The notes under the pieces were generated by a model that searched no databases, was not told the origin of the DNA, and worked only from the letters and a program-made list of their open reading frames with translations. This document shows, in pieces, positions 10,288-21,192 of a DNA stretch of 64,000 nt (its first letter is position 1; the number at the start of each line of letters is the position of its first letter). The DNA lies in NCBI GenBank assembly GCA_963665815.1, contig OY762463.1, positions 1,984,001 through 2,048,000 of the forward strand. The letters run 5' to 3'. The position numbers and the translations under genes are program-made. The DNA comes from Candidatus Cloacimonadales bacterium (GTDB lineage Bacteria > Cloacimonadota > Cloacimonadia > Cloacimonadales > JAIOQZ01).

Positions 10288-11325
10288 ATGAAAAAAATTA
10301 TTTTATTAATTTCTCTTATCTGCCTTACTGCATTGCTGGCTGCATACAATGAAACAGAAGGAAATGATACTCAAGGGGAAGCTAATGTAATCCCTACAGG
10401 TTCAAATATCGTAACAATATATGGAGAAACATCTTCAGCAGATACCGACTGGTTCCAGTTCTCTGCAATTGGTCAAGATCACTTTGAAGTAAATTTGGCT
10501 TCTAATACTAATCTGGTTATACAGTTCAGAAATCAATCCAACGGTGCTGAATTAACAATGTTCATAGGTGAAACTACCGGGCAATTTGACATTACAGAAC
10601 CGTCAGGACTCGTTAACTGGACAATAGAAATTTTTGCATTAACTGGAACAGAAGCATATGAATTAACTCTTACTAATGCTGATAACAATACTCTTCCGGT
10701 AACCCTGAGTTCCTTCAATGCAGCAAATACAACAGAAGGCACAGTAGAACTGAAATGGACTGTTCAATCTGAGACAGAAATGCTTGGCTATAACCTGCTC
10801 AGAAATGCAACAGATAATGAAGAAACCGCTATAGGCATTAACGGTACTCCAATCCCTGCTCTTAATACTTCATTCGAACATTCATATTCATTTGAAGATA
10901 TTGACGTTGAAGTTAATACTACATATTATTACTGGATTGAAAGTATTGAAATCGACAACAATGTAACATATCACGGACCTGTTCAGATTACTGTAAAACC
11001 GGAAGATGAAGAACAGGATGCAGAACTGATCAAATACACTAAAATCACAAAGAACTATCCAAATCCATTCAATCCACAAACAAAAATCAGCTATGATCTA
11101 AGTGGATATACTGACACTGAAGTCCCTGTATCTCTTATAGTATATAACATAAGAGGACAGAAAGTGAAAACCCTGATTGATGGCTACCAGACACCTGGTA
11201 AAGGAAAATCCATTGACTGGTTTGGAAAAGATGATAATGGCAATGACTGTTCAAGCGGAGTATATTTCTATGTACTCAAAACTAATGATACAGTCAAAAC
11301 CTCAAAAATGACATTATTGAAATAA
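10288..11325 (+). CDS. Secreted protein: PPC-like N-domain plus C-terminal FlgD-Ig/T9SS-like domain (paralog 1)
   Basis: Signal peptide after GGAGG; ETEGND and DTDWF motifs; LPVTLSSF linker; NYPNPFNP...SGVYFY tail. Confidence 0.8.
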   Translation: MKKIILLISLICLTALLAAYNETEGNDTQGEANVIPTGSNIVTIYGETSSADTDWFQFSAIGQDHFEVNLASNTNLVIQFRNQSNGAELTMFIGETTGQFDITEPSGLVNWTIEIFALTGTEAYELTLTNADNNTLPVTLSSFNAANTTEGTVELKWTVQSETEMLGYNLLRNATDNEETAIGINGTPIPALNTSFEHSYSFEDIDVEVNTTYYYWIESIEIDNNVTYHGPVQITVKPEDEEQDAELIKYTKITKNYPNPFNPQTKISYDLSGYTDTEVPVSLIVYNIRGQKVKTLIDGYQTPGKGKSIDWFGKDDNGNDCSSGVYFYVLKTNDTVKTSKMTLLK

Positions 11326-11674
11326 TCAACTTTATTTCCACACTTTCACAGCCGGCATATGTCGGCTGTTTTTTTTGTACCCCAAAAAAATTTCTGTAAA
11401 AAAGACACCGCAAAATACAAGCAATGTCAATTGACAATCCGACCACTGCAAATTGAACTTATTACAAATTCTTAATCAAGAATCTGCTATATACTATTTA
11501 ACTTTATTTCATTTTAATCTGCTCATTCTAATTATGCATCTTTCTGTATTTACATATTTTGACATGGTTATTTAAATAATTTACACCTATACTTTTTCTG
11601 AATTATTTGTCTTGACGCTCCTTGAACCAATGAGTATATTTTCGTTGTGTGGAAATATATTTTGGAGGTAAGAA

Positions 11675-12712
11675 ATGAAAAAGTTATTTTTCATTGTATT
11701 TATTATCTGTTTCACCGTAGCCATTACTGCATACGATGAAACTGAAGGAAACAACACAAAAGTTGAAGCTGATGTAATTCCTGTTGGTTCACCGGTTGTT
11801 ATTGTAAACGGGACAGCAGAATCAGGAACAAGTGACTGGTTTGTTTTCCAACTTTACGGACAGGATAATTTAGAAGCCAGCTTAGCTAATCCTGGTATTG
11901 AAGTTGTTTTCTATGATGAAAACGACACCATGATGGATGTTATTAACACGGTAGATAATCATGGAGGATTTCAGGCATCCGAACTCGACACAGGCACCAT
12001 GTACAATTATTACATGGAAGTAAGAAACGGTACCGGACAAGCATATACAATTACTTTAGACAATCTCGACAACAATACTCTCCCTGTTACTCTCAGCTCC
12101 TTCAATGCAGCTAATACTGTAGAAGGTACTGTAGAACTGAAGTGGACTGTTCAGTCAGAAACAGAAATGCTTGGCTATAACCTGCTTAGAAACGCAACAG
12201 ACAATGAAGAAACCGCTATAGGCATTAATAGTACTCCAATCCCTGCTCTTAATACTTCATTCGAACATTCATATTCATTTGAAGATATTGACGTTGAAGT
12301 TAATACTACATATTATTACTGGATTGAAAGTATTGAAATCGACAACAATGTAACATATCACGGACCTGTTCAAATTACTGTAAAACCGGAAGATGAAGAA
12401 CAGGATGCAGAACTGATCAAATACACTAAAATCACAAAGAACTATCCAAATCCATTCAATCCACAAACAAAAATCAGCTATGATCTAAGTGGATATACTG
12501 ACACTGAAGTCCCTGTATCTCTTATAGTATATAACATAAGAGGACAGAAAGTGAAAACCCTGATTGATGGCTACCAGACACCTGGTAAAGGAAAATCCAT
12601 TGACTGGTTTGGAAAAGATGATAATGGCAATGACTGTTCAAGCGGAGTATATTTTTATGTACTCAAAACTAATGATACAGTCAAAACCTCAAAAATGACA
12701 CTATTGAAGTAA
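11675..12712 (+). CDS. Secreted protein with FlgD-Ig/T9SS-like tail (paralog 2)
   Basis: Same architecture; C-terminal ~210 aa nearly identical to paralog 1. Confidence 0.8.
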   Translation: MKKLFFIVFIICFTVAITAYDETEGNNTKVEADVIPVGSPVVIVNGTAESGTSDWFVFQLYGQDNLEASLANPGIEVVFYDENDTMMDVINTVDNHGGFQASELDTGTMYNYYMEVRNGTGQAYTITLDNLDNNTLPVTLSSFNAANTVEGTVELKWTVQSETEMLGYNLLRNATDNEETAIGINSTPIPALNTSFEHSYSFEDIDVEVNTTYYYWIESIEIDNNVTYHGPVQITVKPEDEEQDAELIKYTKITKNYPNPFNPQTKISYDLSGYTDTEVPVSLIVYNIRGQKVKTLIDGYQTPGKGKSIDWFGKDDNGNDCSSGVYFYVLKTNDTVKTSKMTLLK

Positions 12713-12959
12713 CTTTGTATATTTCCACACTTTCACAGCCGGCATATGTCGGCTGTTTTATTGTTACATACAATTTTTCTTTTTTGTTGACTTCTAATCG
12801 CAGTATTTAACATTTATACTATTGAGAATTTTGTATAATTGAAGCAACCAGGAATTTTTCGACTTTATCCGAATCGATTCGAAAGTTCATAAGATTTTAA
12901 GTTAATATTAAAAAATTGTTTTCAGGCAAAGATCTCATAAATTCTGATCTGGAGATTTG

Positions 12960-13991
12960 ATGGATATTATATATTCTAATATATATGTTAATTTCATAAT
13001 TATTGCAGCTGCATTTTACATATTGTTTAAAGCAGCTGATTTATTTGTTGATGCTGCAATTGGCATTTCAAAGGAACTTCATATACCGAAATTCATTGTA
13101 GGAGTTATAATTGTGGGATTTGCTACAACAGCCCCGGAAATAACTGTATCAGTAATATCTGCAATGAAAGGCCAATCTGAGTTTGCTCTTGGCAATGCCT
13201 TGGGTTCTGTTATTGTTGATGATGGAGTAGCACTTGGACTTGCAGCAATTCTTGCCCCCGTTCCTATTGTAGTACACAGAATGACAATGTTTAAAATGGG
13301 ATCATTTCTGCTCGCATCACTGGGCTTAAGCTATATTCTGGCAGCTAACGGAATTATTTCCAGATCTGAAGGAGCAATTCTCGTCGTCATGCTTTTTTCA
13401 TACTGGGGGAAAGTCGTATGGACAGAAGCAAAAAACTGTAGAGAGAGAAATAAACAGGCTTGTGAGGTTGATCAGAATACAGAAAAGGGTGATGTAAAAT
13501 CTCATCTTGTTAAATTTCTGATAGGTTTAAGTGGAGTAATCATTGCCAGTCATTTTATTGTTGGTGCTGCCGAGCAGATTGCATTGTTCTTCAGCGTTCC
13601 AAAAGTTATTATTGGATTAACGGTAATAGCAATCGGAACATCTCTCCCTGAAATCAGTACAGCAATTATTGCTGCACGTAAAGGTGAAGGCGAAATTGCT
13701 GTTGGTAACATTATTGGAGCTGACTTGCTGAATGTTTTATGGATAATAGGTGTATCATCACTTGTAAGACCAATAAATATTTCCCACGATAGAATTACAG
13801 TAAAACTATTTAAACTTGTTTTCGAGAACATTCCATCTGTGCACTTTTCATTCATCTGGTCTTCCATATTCTGTTTTCTTGCCGTACTTTTTATAATTAC
13901 AAGACAGAAGCTGGTTCGCTGGGAAGGATACGTACTACTTGGACTATATGTTGTTTATTTTTATATGAATTTCTCTATGTTTACAGGATAG
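12960..13991 (+). CDS. Calcium/sodium antiporter (YrbG-like)
   Basis: Two alpha repeats (GFATTAPE and AIGTSLPE; GNIIG). Confidence 0.88.
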   Translation: MDIIYSNIYVNFIIIAAAFYILFKAADLFVDAAIGISKELHIPKFIVGVIIVGFATTAPEITVSVISAMKGQSEFALGNALGSVIVDDGVALGLAAILAPVPIVVHRMTMFKMGSFLLASLGLSYILAANGIISRSEGAILVVMLFSYWGKVVWTEAKNCRERNKQACEVDQNTEKGDVKSHLVKFLIGLSGVIIASHFIVGAAEQIALFFSVPKVIIGLTVIAIGTSLPEISTAIIAARKGEGEIAVGNIIGADLLNVLWIIGVSSLVRPINISHDRITVKLFKLVFENIPSVHFSFIWSSIFCFLAVLFIITRQKLVRWEGYVLLGLYVVYFYMNFSMFTG

Positions 13992-14005
13992 GCTGAACAA
14001 TCAAA

Positions 14006-15229
14006 ATGAATCTTACAGGTTTATATTTTTTAAAATCACTAAAAAGCACAGGACAGTTTTTCAAAGTTCAGAACTTTTACCCTTTGATAGGACTTATAAT
14101 CTCAACAGCTGTTCTGACAGTTGCATTCTCTGTTTTTGACGGATACGAAGATGCACTGAAAAAATCAATTCTTAATTCAAGTTCTCACGTATACATTTTT
14201 AAACAGGGACGAGAAGATCTCAGTAATGAAAACATTGTTGGTCTAAGGAATTACCTGAAAGGTAAAGAACAGATTGCCAGCCAATCCCCTATTGTTATTA
14301 CTCAGGGAATGCTGAGAAAAGACGGAAGAATTAACAGTGCTTCAGTGCACGGTATTCCTTACGGTTATCACTCTAAAAAAACACCCTTCAATAGCTTTGT
14401 TATAGAAGGAAAAGCAAGCATTGAAAACGAATACGAAGCAATAATCGGAAATAAACTTGCACAATTGCTTAATGCAAAAGTCGGTGATACCGTTACTCTG
14501 CTCAGTCCACTTAAACCCCGAATAACTCCGCTGGGAATTAAAACTCCATCTCAAAAACTAACAGTAACCGGTATTTATAAATCAGGCATGTATGAATATG
14601 ACAGTCATTATCTGTTTGTAAACCTTAAAACTGCCCAGAAATTTTCGACTGAATCAGATCAGATTACTATGATGGAAATTTTTCTAAAAGACAAGTATAT
14701 TGATGAGGCAGACATCTTATCTTCAGACTGGAATTATGATCTTGGACATGAATATCAGGTCTTATCATGGCAATTTTACAATAGTAATCTTTTTCAGTTG
14801 TTGAGCCTGGAAAAGAAAATTCTTTTCATAGTCCTCAGTTTTCTGATCCTGATAGCATCCTTCCAGCTTATATCGGCTACTTCAACAATTATTCTGGAAA
14901 AACAGCATGATATAGGTATAATGAAGGCTTATGGTGTAAAAGATATCGAAATACAGAAAATGTTTTTGTTAAGGCAGGTATCTTCATCTGTGATAGGCAT
15001 AATTATAGGAATTCTGACCGGTTACGGAATAGGCTGGTTACTGATTGTACAGGATATTTACCACCTCAAGGGTGACGTTTATCAGATTGAGGATATCAGT
15101 TTCAGTTTTTCATTGCTTAATGCAGCACTGATCTTTTCATCCGCTTTATTTATAATCATCTTTTCCATAGTACTTCCACTAAGAAGAATATCGAGAATGA
15201 ACATAACTAATTTGCTCAGGAGGAATTAA
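14006..15229 (+). CDS. LolC/E (FtsX/MacB-family) ABC permease
   Basis: N-terminal TM, periplasmic domain with GIYKSGMYEYD, three C-terminal TMs; adjacent to a LolD-like gene. Confidence 0.82.
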   Translation: MNLTGLYFLKSLKSTGQFFKVQNFYPLIGLIISTAVLTVAFSVFDGYEDALKKSILNSSSHVYIFKQGREDLSNENIVGLRNYLKGKEQIASQSPIVITQGMLRKDGRINSASVHGIPYGYHSKKTPFNSFVIEGKASIENEYEAIIGNKLAQLLNAKVGDTVTLLSPLKPRITPLGIKTPSQKLTVTGIYKSGMYEYDSHYLFVNLKTAQKFSTESDQITMMEIFLKDKYIDEADILSSDWNYDLGHEYQVLSWQFYNSNLFQLLSLEKKILFIVLSFLILIASFQLISATSTIILEKQHDIGIMKAYGVKDIEIQKMFLLRQVSSSVIGIIIGILTGYGIGWLLIVQDIYHLKGDVYQIEDISFSFSLLNAALIFSSALFIIIFSIVLPLRRISRMNITNLLRRN

Positions 15230-15898
15230 TTGGAAATTCTTAGAGCTGAAAATATACATAAAAAATTTATTGACTGTAACACAACACTGCACATCCTGAA
15301 AGGAACTGATTTCATAGTTTCAACCGGTGATCTTGTAAGTATTCAGGGACAATCGGGATCAGGGAAAAGCACACTGCTGCATATACTGGGTCTTCTCGAC
15401 ACACCCAACGAAGGTGAAGTTTTCTATAATGGTAAGCCTATAGTATATAATAAGAATCTGGCTGAACTCCGGAACAGGAAAATTGGTTTCATCTTTCAGT
15501 TTCATTATCTTCTTGAGGATTTTGATGCAACGGATAATATTGCTATGCCTATGTTCGTCTTAACCGGAGATCTTAAAAAAAGCAGAACAAAAGCAAATGA
15601 GCTTCTGAAAAAGCTGGACATCTATGATCGACGTAATCATTATCCAAATCAATTGAGCGGTGGCGAGCAGCAGAGAGTAGCCATTGCCAGAGCAATGATT
15701 AACAGTCCGGAGATAATTTTTGCCGATGAACCAACCGGCAACCTTGACCCTGATCATAAAAACGAAATAATGGACATTGTGTTGAGCATGAACAGAGAAT
15801 ATAATCAGACATTTGTTATTGTTACTCATGATGATATTATTGCTGACAAAATGAAAACTAATTATATCCTGAAAGACGGAATAATAAAAAATAAATAA
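15230..15898 (+). CDS. lolD: Lipoprotein-releasing ABC ATP-binding protein
   Basis: [30 protein letters not shown] and ADEPTGNLD motifs. Confidence 0.8.
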   Translation: MEILRAENIHKKFIDCNTTLHILKGTDFIVSTGDLVSIQGQSGSGKSTLLHILGLLDTPNEGEVFYNGKPIVYNKNLAELRNRKIGFIFQFHYLLEDFDATDNIAMPMFVLTGDLKKSRTKANELLKKLDIYDRRNHYPNQLSGGEQQRVAIARAMINSPEIIFADEPTGNLDPDHKNEIMDIVLSMNREYNQTFVIVTHDDIIADKMKTNYILKDGIIKNK

Positions 15899-15915
15899 CA
15901 GAAACAGGAAGATAT

Positions 15916-18900
15916 TTGAAAAAACACAAGTGGTTATTCATAATAGTTTCATTACTTATTCTGGTAAACCTGCTTTTTCTCATTTTCGTGAAATCAGGAT
16001 ACCTTTCAAATTATATTGAAAACCGTTTTATATCTATACTGGAAGATAATCTTGATGCAGATGTATCATACGGTGTATTCAACTTCAACGAACGGCAGCT
16101 GAGTATTCACGATCTATCAATGTATTCTGCCGACAGCAGTTTTTCTGCTGAGATTTCCAGTATCAGAGCAGATTACAGTATATGGGATATAATACTGCAT
16201 GGTGTTTCCAGAAATGGTATCATTGAGAAAATTGAAATCAACAAACCAGTAATCTCTCTTTCTGTTAAGCCATCTACAAAAACACAAAAAAACAGTAAAA
16301 ATAAATCGGATACGGTATTTGATCCTGATAATATAGAGTTAAAACCACTATTTATGGTTAACACTGCTAAAATTGTTAATGGTTCTTTTGATGTAGAATA
16401 TATCAGTAAAGAAGTCAGCCTTAAGCAGAAACTGACAAACATTAACATGAATATGAACGGTGATAAATTTAAAACTGTTGAACTCACTGCAATGACGTCA
16501 AAGGGTAACATTGCCGTTGCAACCGAATTAAGTACAAAATCCATAAGCTATGCTGATCTTATAATCAAGAATTTTACCATAGACAGCCTTAATGTAAATA
16601 AAATCGATTACCTGAAACTCGGAGTTTCGACAAACGTACATTACGAAGATAAAGAGATTACTTATTCAGGTGCACTGGAAAATATCATCGCAGAAGTAAT
16701 GGACTACAAAGTCAAAACTGACAAAATAGTATTTGCAGGATTGAATGATTCAATCAGAATATTATCTCCACATATTGCTGTGAATGACGATATGCTCAAG
16801 TTTGATGCAGTTATCACAAATTTGCTTTATGATGATAGAATTGTTGATGCTGACGTAAATTGCCGGGTTACTTTAGATCCTTTCCTGGAGGATCTAAGCG
16901 GGAATGTAGAAGCTCAATTTAAAGTTAACGGAAAAATTCTGAATCCTACTGCAGAATTCAATGTATATCTTCCTGAAACAAAGTACCAGACTCATGTTGT
17001 CAAAGCTTGCAGCCTTTCCGGTACTTACGCAGATAATGTTGTGGACTTCAATCTGAACAATATTGAATATATGGGAAACACTCTAAAAGGTAAAGGGTCA
17101 GCCAATACTAACGGAGACTTCACTATTGACATATCAGGTAAATCCCTTGCTTATTCTCAGGAAGGTACCGATTTAAAATCGAATATTAAAGCCTCGTTTG
17201 CTTTTATAGACAAGAAAATGGAAGGTTATGCAAAACTGACCAATCTAACAATAAAAAACAAAACACTGGATGTTAAAAACCTTACCGGTACAGCTGAGAT
17301 AAAAAATGATATAGCCAAAGTCAATCTTATAACACGAACACGCCGAACAGGTGAAAAGTTTGAGTGCACAGCTGAATACAACATTAAAGATCAGTCTTAC
17401 AAAGGAAATATAAACCTGAAGAGATTTGGGCTTAATGATATTCTGACAAAAAAGATATCTCAACTCAATCCATCTTTCAACGGAAAACTGGAATTCAACG
17501 GCAGCAAAAAGAACATAAATATTGAATCGAGTATTAGGTTTTACGATAAAAGTTTCGGGAAACTTGATGGTTATCTGGATTCAAGAATCGCACTTGATTT
17601 TGTGAGAAAAAGCAGTCTCATTACTTTGCGAACTAATAACGCAAAATATAATTACGAAAGTTTCAGTCTAAACCTTATGGCAAGAGGAAATCTGGACAGT
17701 CTGCGTTCAGTAAGATGTAAAATTAACAGAGATATTTCCATAGACTTCAAGGTAGTTCTTACTGAAGCAAAAAGGCTTGCATTTAAGATTAAGGCAAAAA
17801 GGCTTCCACTGAACAGATATCTTCGTTATATGGATGCAAGTTCATCATCAAGAAATACATTTGGAATTGTTAGCACGGAACTAACATTTGACTCGGCAAA
17901 AAGAAATGCCGTAAATGGAAAAATCACAATTGAAAACCTGAATTTTGACGGTGAAAAGTATGGTAGTTTCGGATTTAAGATATCCGGACGTCAGGACTCT
18001 TTAAGAATACACAATATCTCTCTGAAAGGTGTTGGGAGTACAACTTTTACTGGCGATGTCACACTTGATGCAACAAAAGGTAAACTTAAATCCGCTCAGC
18101 TTCTGATGAACAAACTTGATCTCAGTTATATTCTCCTGAATAATGAGGATTTCAAGGGCACATTAACAGGAAAGCTGAATTTCTCGGAAAGCAATAACAC
18201 GTTCTCCCTGAGAATGAATGCTGAAGACCTGAATCTGATGTCTTATCCAATTGACGATGTAAACATTGATATTCAGCAGAGAACAAGAAAGCTCATAATA
18301 AAAGACTTTTTTGTAAAAAACTCGTATAATAACCTGAGAATTACAGGATCCCTTGATCATAACTTTATTGACAACACAACCTGGGGCAGCAGAGAAAAAT
18401 TGATTGTAGCCTATAATGGTGACCTTATGCGAACAATGTCGGATAACATTCCCCCACTGCACCATGGCCGTTCCAAGAGTTCCGCTGTAATTGAAGTTGG
18501 TGTGAAAGATGAAAATATATCTCTTCTTCGTGGTGAAATAAAAATTGAAGATGGTCTAATTGAAATTGATGATCAGCCAACAAATATTACTGAACTTTTC
18601 AGTAACATCATTATTGTTAATGACACTCTTAAAATAAACAGATTTGATTTCCTTATGGGCTCAGGAAGAGTTCATATATTCAACACTGACTGGGGCAGCG
18701 AAAATCAACTAGCACTTAATAACCTGCAGCTTGGAAACGTCAGAATGAATACTGATCCGGAAGGTATTCTGGTTCATATTCCTGATTTTATGCCTAATAA
18801 GAGAATTGTAAATGTTGTTGTTAAAGGCAAGAAAAGCGATTATTTTGAGATCAACGGACCATTTGATGACATGAAAATCACCGGAGATGTGATCGTCTCA

Positions 18901-19923
18901 AATGGTGACTTCATTTTCCCGGCAGGAGTTAAGAGTCTGGTTAATCTGATTAATCAGAAAAACACTATGAATCCTGCCCAGACCAGCAAAGAAATGGCTA
19001 ATCTGCCGTTCAAGCTTGATCTGACAGCGAGAATAGGTAAACAGATACGTTATGTAACTCATCCTGCCAATGTAACAATGGATCAGGGAGGTTATCTCAA
19101 TGTTGTTTACGATGACAGTGAATTCATTGTTAAGGAAGCTCATTTCAGCTCTGAAAAAGGTACCCTTGATATGTTCGGAACTACTTTCAAAGCCAGCACT
19201 ATCAATGTTAACCTGAATCAGTTCAATCCTGAACCGGACCTGGAGATTGTCTTCGAGAAAAAAATCTCTGACGGAACTACAATCAGTCTCGCTATTCAGC
19301 CTGACGACAATAACTCTTTGCAGTTCAAGCTGGAAAGTGATAACTCCGATGATAACACTATTTCTGATATTCTGGCTAAATTACGTTATGATAGTGGCTA
19401 TGACCAGTTATCCAGCAAACAGAAACAATCCCTCATGCAGGATGATGCCATAGAAATTGCCGGATATAGTATTGAGAATGTCCTGATTTCACCTGTACTG
19501 TCCCCTATTGAAACAAGATTCAGAAAGTGGTTCAAACTTGATTATATTTATATTCAGCCCGGTTTCATTCAAAATCTGTTCCATATGTATTACAATAATG
19601 ATACAGCAGAAGAAGAAATCAATCAGCAGTCCGGCGTCAGTACGGGAGTACTTCTCAGTAATCTTTCTTTAAGCTTTGGTAAAAACATATATGATAACAC
19701 ATTCGTTCACTATAAAGGTATTATTCAGGAAATAACTGACTTGAGATCTGAAAGACTTAAACTATCCCACACCTTGAGACTGACATTCGATCTACCCGGA
19801 AAATACCAATTCTCTTATTCATATATTATAGATGAAGAAGATGAATTGAAATCACACGAAGTCAAGCTGGAGAAATCCTTTAAGTTCTCTTTTAACGGAG
19901 TGAATACAATATTTGATAAATAA
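15916..19923 (+). CDS. Large AsmA/TamB-like periplasm-spanning protein
   Basis: N-terminal membrane anchor and 1335 aa of beta-rich sequence; envelope-biogenesis context. Confidence 0.55.
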   Translation: MKKHKWLFIIVSLLILVNLLFLIFVKSGYLSNYIENRFISILEDNLDADVSYGVFNFNERQLSIHDLSMYSADSSFSAEISSIRADYSIWDIILHGVSRNGIIEKIEINKPVISLSVKPSTKTQKNSKNKSDTVFDPDNIELKPLFMVNTAKIVNGSFDVEYISKEVSLKQKLTNINMNMNGDKFKTVELTAMTSKGNIAVATELSTKSISYADLIIKNFTIDSLNVNKIDYLKLGVSTNVHYEDKEITYSGALENIIAEVMDYKVKTDKIVFAGLNDSIRILSPHIAVNDDMLKFDAVITNLLYDDRIVDADVNCRVTLDPFLEDLSGNVEAQFKVNGKILNPTAEFNVYLPETKYQTHVVKACSLSGTYADNVVDFNLNNIEYMGNTLKGKGSANTNGDFTIDISGKSLAYSQEGTDLKSNIKASFAFIDKKMEGYAKLTNLTIKNKTLDVKNLTGTAEIKNDIAKVNLITRTRRTGEKFECTAEYNIKDQSYKGNINLKRFGLNDILTKKISQLNPSFNGKLEFNGSKKNINIESSIRFYDKSFGKLDGYLDSRIALDFVRKSSLITLRTNNAKYNYESFSLNLMARGNLDSLRSVRCKINRDISIDFKVVLTEAKRLAFKIKAKRLPLNRYLRYMDASSSSRNTFGIVSTELTFDSAKRNAVNGKITIENLNFDGEKYGSFGFKISGRQDSLRIHNISLKGVGSTTFTGDVTLDATKGKLKSAQLLMNKLDLSYILLNNEDFKGTLTGKLNFSESNNTFSLRMNAEDLNLMSYPIDDVNIDIQQRTRKLIIKDFFVKNSYNNLRITGSLDHNFIDNTTWGSREKLIVAYNGDLMRTMSDNIPPLHHGRSKSSAVIEVGVKDENISLLRGEIKIEDGLIEIDDQPTNITELFSNIIIVNDTLKINRFDFLMGSGRVHIFNTDWGSENQLALNNLQLGNVRMNTDPEGILVHIPDFMPNKRIVNVVVKGKKSDYFEINGPFDDMKITGDVIVSNGDFIFPAGVKSLVNLINQKNTMNPAQTSKEMANLPFKLDLTARIGKQIRYVTHPANVTMDQGGYLNVVYDDSEFIVKEAHFSSEKGTLDMFGTTFKASTINVNLNQFNPEPDLEIVFEKKISDGTTISLAIQPDDNNSLQFKLESDNSDDNTISDILAKLRYDSGYDQLSSKQKQSLMQDDAIEIAGYSIENVLISPVLSPIETRFRKWFKLDYIYIQPGFIQNLFHMYYNNDTAEEEINQQSGVSTGVLLSNLSLSFGKNIYDNTFVHYKGIIQEITDLRSERLKLSHTLRLTFDLPGKYQFSYSYIIDEEDELKSHEVKLEKSFKFSFNGVNTIFDK

Positions 19924-19933
19924 TGGAGATATT

Positions 19934-21025
19934 ATGAGAAAACGGATCAGCGTAGAAAATTTATACAGATTTATGCAGGATGTTTTTGTTGGTCTCGGCG
20001 TACCAGCCGATGAAGCAAAAACCTGTGCAGATGTACTCATTCAGTCAGATCTTCATGGCATAGAGTCACATGGAGTAGGTCGTCTGAAAATGTACTATGA
20101 TAGAATCAAAGCAGGAATCCAGTTCGCGGAAACAAAAATTGATGTAATCAATGACAGAAAAGCTGTTGCAGTCTGGGATGGTAATCATGGCATGGGACAT
20201 GTTATTGCAACAAGAGCTATGCAGGAAGCAATCGATAAAGCTAAAAACTATGGTGTTGGATCTGTAGTTGTCAGAAATTCTACACACTATGGAATTGCAG
20301 GATATTATGCAAAAATGGCAATAGATCAGGATATGATAGGTATTACATTTACCAATGCCCGACCTTCCATAGCACCAACATTCTCAACCTCCCCTATGCT
20401 GGGAACAAACCCGATCTGTTTTGGCTGCCCTTCCAATCTTGAATATCCTTTCCTTTATGACGCTGCTACATCAATCTCTCAAAGAGGTAAAATTGAAGTC
20501 TTTGACAGAGAGTTCAAGGATACTCCCTCAGGCTGGGCTATTGATAAAGAAGGAAATCCCTTTACCGATACTAAACAGCTTCTGAAAGACCTTGTAAGTA
20601 AAGACGCTGCCATGCTGCCGCTTGGTGGTCAGGGTGAACTTCTCGGTGGTCATAAAGGTTACGGTCTCTCTGTAATGGTTGAAATACTCTCAGCTGCTCT
20701 GCAGAATGGTTCTTATCTGCATGGACTCCATGGATGGGAGAAAGGAAAACGTGTTCCATACAGACTCGGTCATTTCTTCCTGGCACTTAATATCGATTTC
20801 TTCACAGATATTGAAGACTTCAAGAGAATTACCGGGGATATAATGACACAGCTCAAAAATGCTGATGTTGAACCGGGTAAAGAGAAAATCTACATTGCCG
20901 GGGAAAAAGAATACTATAACACAATCGATGTTAAAGAAAACGGAGTTCCGGTTAACGAAGAACTGGAAAAAAATATAAAAATAATGCAGGAAGAACTGCA
21001 GATTGAAGATTACCTCTTCAACTAA
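19934..21025 (+). CDS. Ldh_2-family (malate/L-sulfolactate-type) dehydrogenase
   Basis: GIESHG, RNSTHYG, LGTNP and GHKGYGL motifs; GGAG RBS. Confidence 0.88.
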   Translation: MRKRISVENLYRFMQDVFVGLGVPADEAKTCADVLIQSDLHGIESHGVGRLKMYYDRIKAGIQFAETKIDVINDRKAVAVWDGNHGMGHVIATRAMQEAIDKAKNYGVGSVVVRNSTHYGIAGYYAKMAIDQDMIGITFTNARPSIAPTFSTSPMLGTNPICFGCPSNLEYPFLYDAATSISQRGKIEVFDREFKDTPSGWAIDKEGNPFTDTKQLLKDLVSKDAAMLPLGGQGELLGGHKGYGLSVMVEILSAALQNGSYLHGLHGWEKGKRVPYRLGHFFLALNIDFFTDIEDFKRITGDIMTQLKNADVEPGKEKIYIAGEKEYYNTIDVKENGVPVNEELEKNIKIMQEELQIEDYLFN

Positions 21026-21033
21026 TAAAGAAT

Positions 21034-21189
21034 GAGAGCTTTGCATAATAGTAAAATTAAACAGCTTCGATGGAAAATTTCGATGAGATTTTTGAATTCC
21101 TCAGAAAAGCTATTAAGCGAAACTCATTTTGAGTAAAAGTTTGATGAATTCTAAAATCGAGTCAACTGCACCATTTATGCAAAGGTCTC
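21034..21189. mobile_element. MITE family B, copy 2
   Basis: TIR GAGAGCTTTGCATAA / TTATGCAAAGGTCTC; GAAT on both flanks; similar to 9251-9405. Confidence 0.75.
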
Positions 21190-21192
21190 TGA

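Larger units (their letters stand above)
9945..12760 (+). repeat. Tandem duplication with 1387-bp period (terminator/promoter region plus gene)
   Basis: Starts 10288/11675 and stops 11325/12712 differ by 1387; terminator-like motif present three times (~9960, ~11347, ~12734). Confidence 0.9.

Noticed and set aside
10288-12712. Diversity-generating retroelement (TR/VR pair)
   Set aside because: No reverse transcriptase in the window; differences are not adenine-specific and include indels; both copies are full genes.
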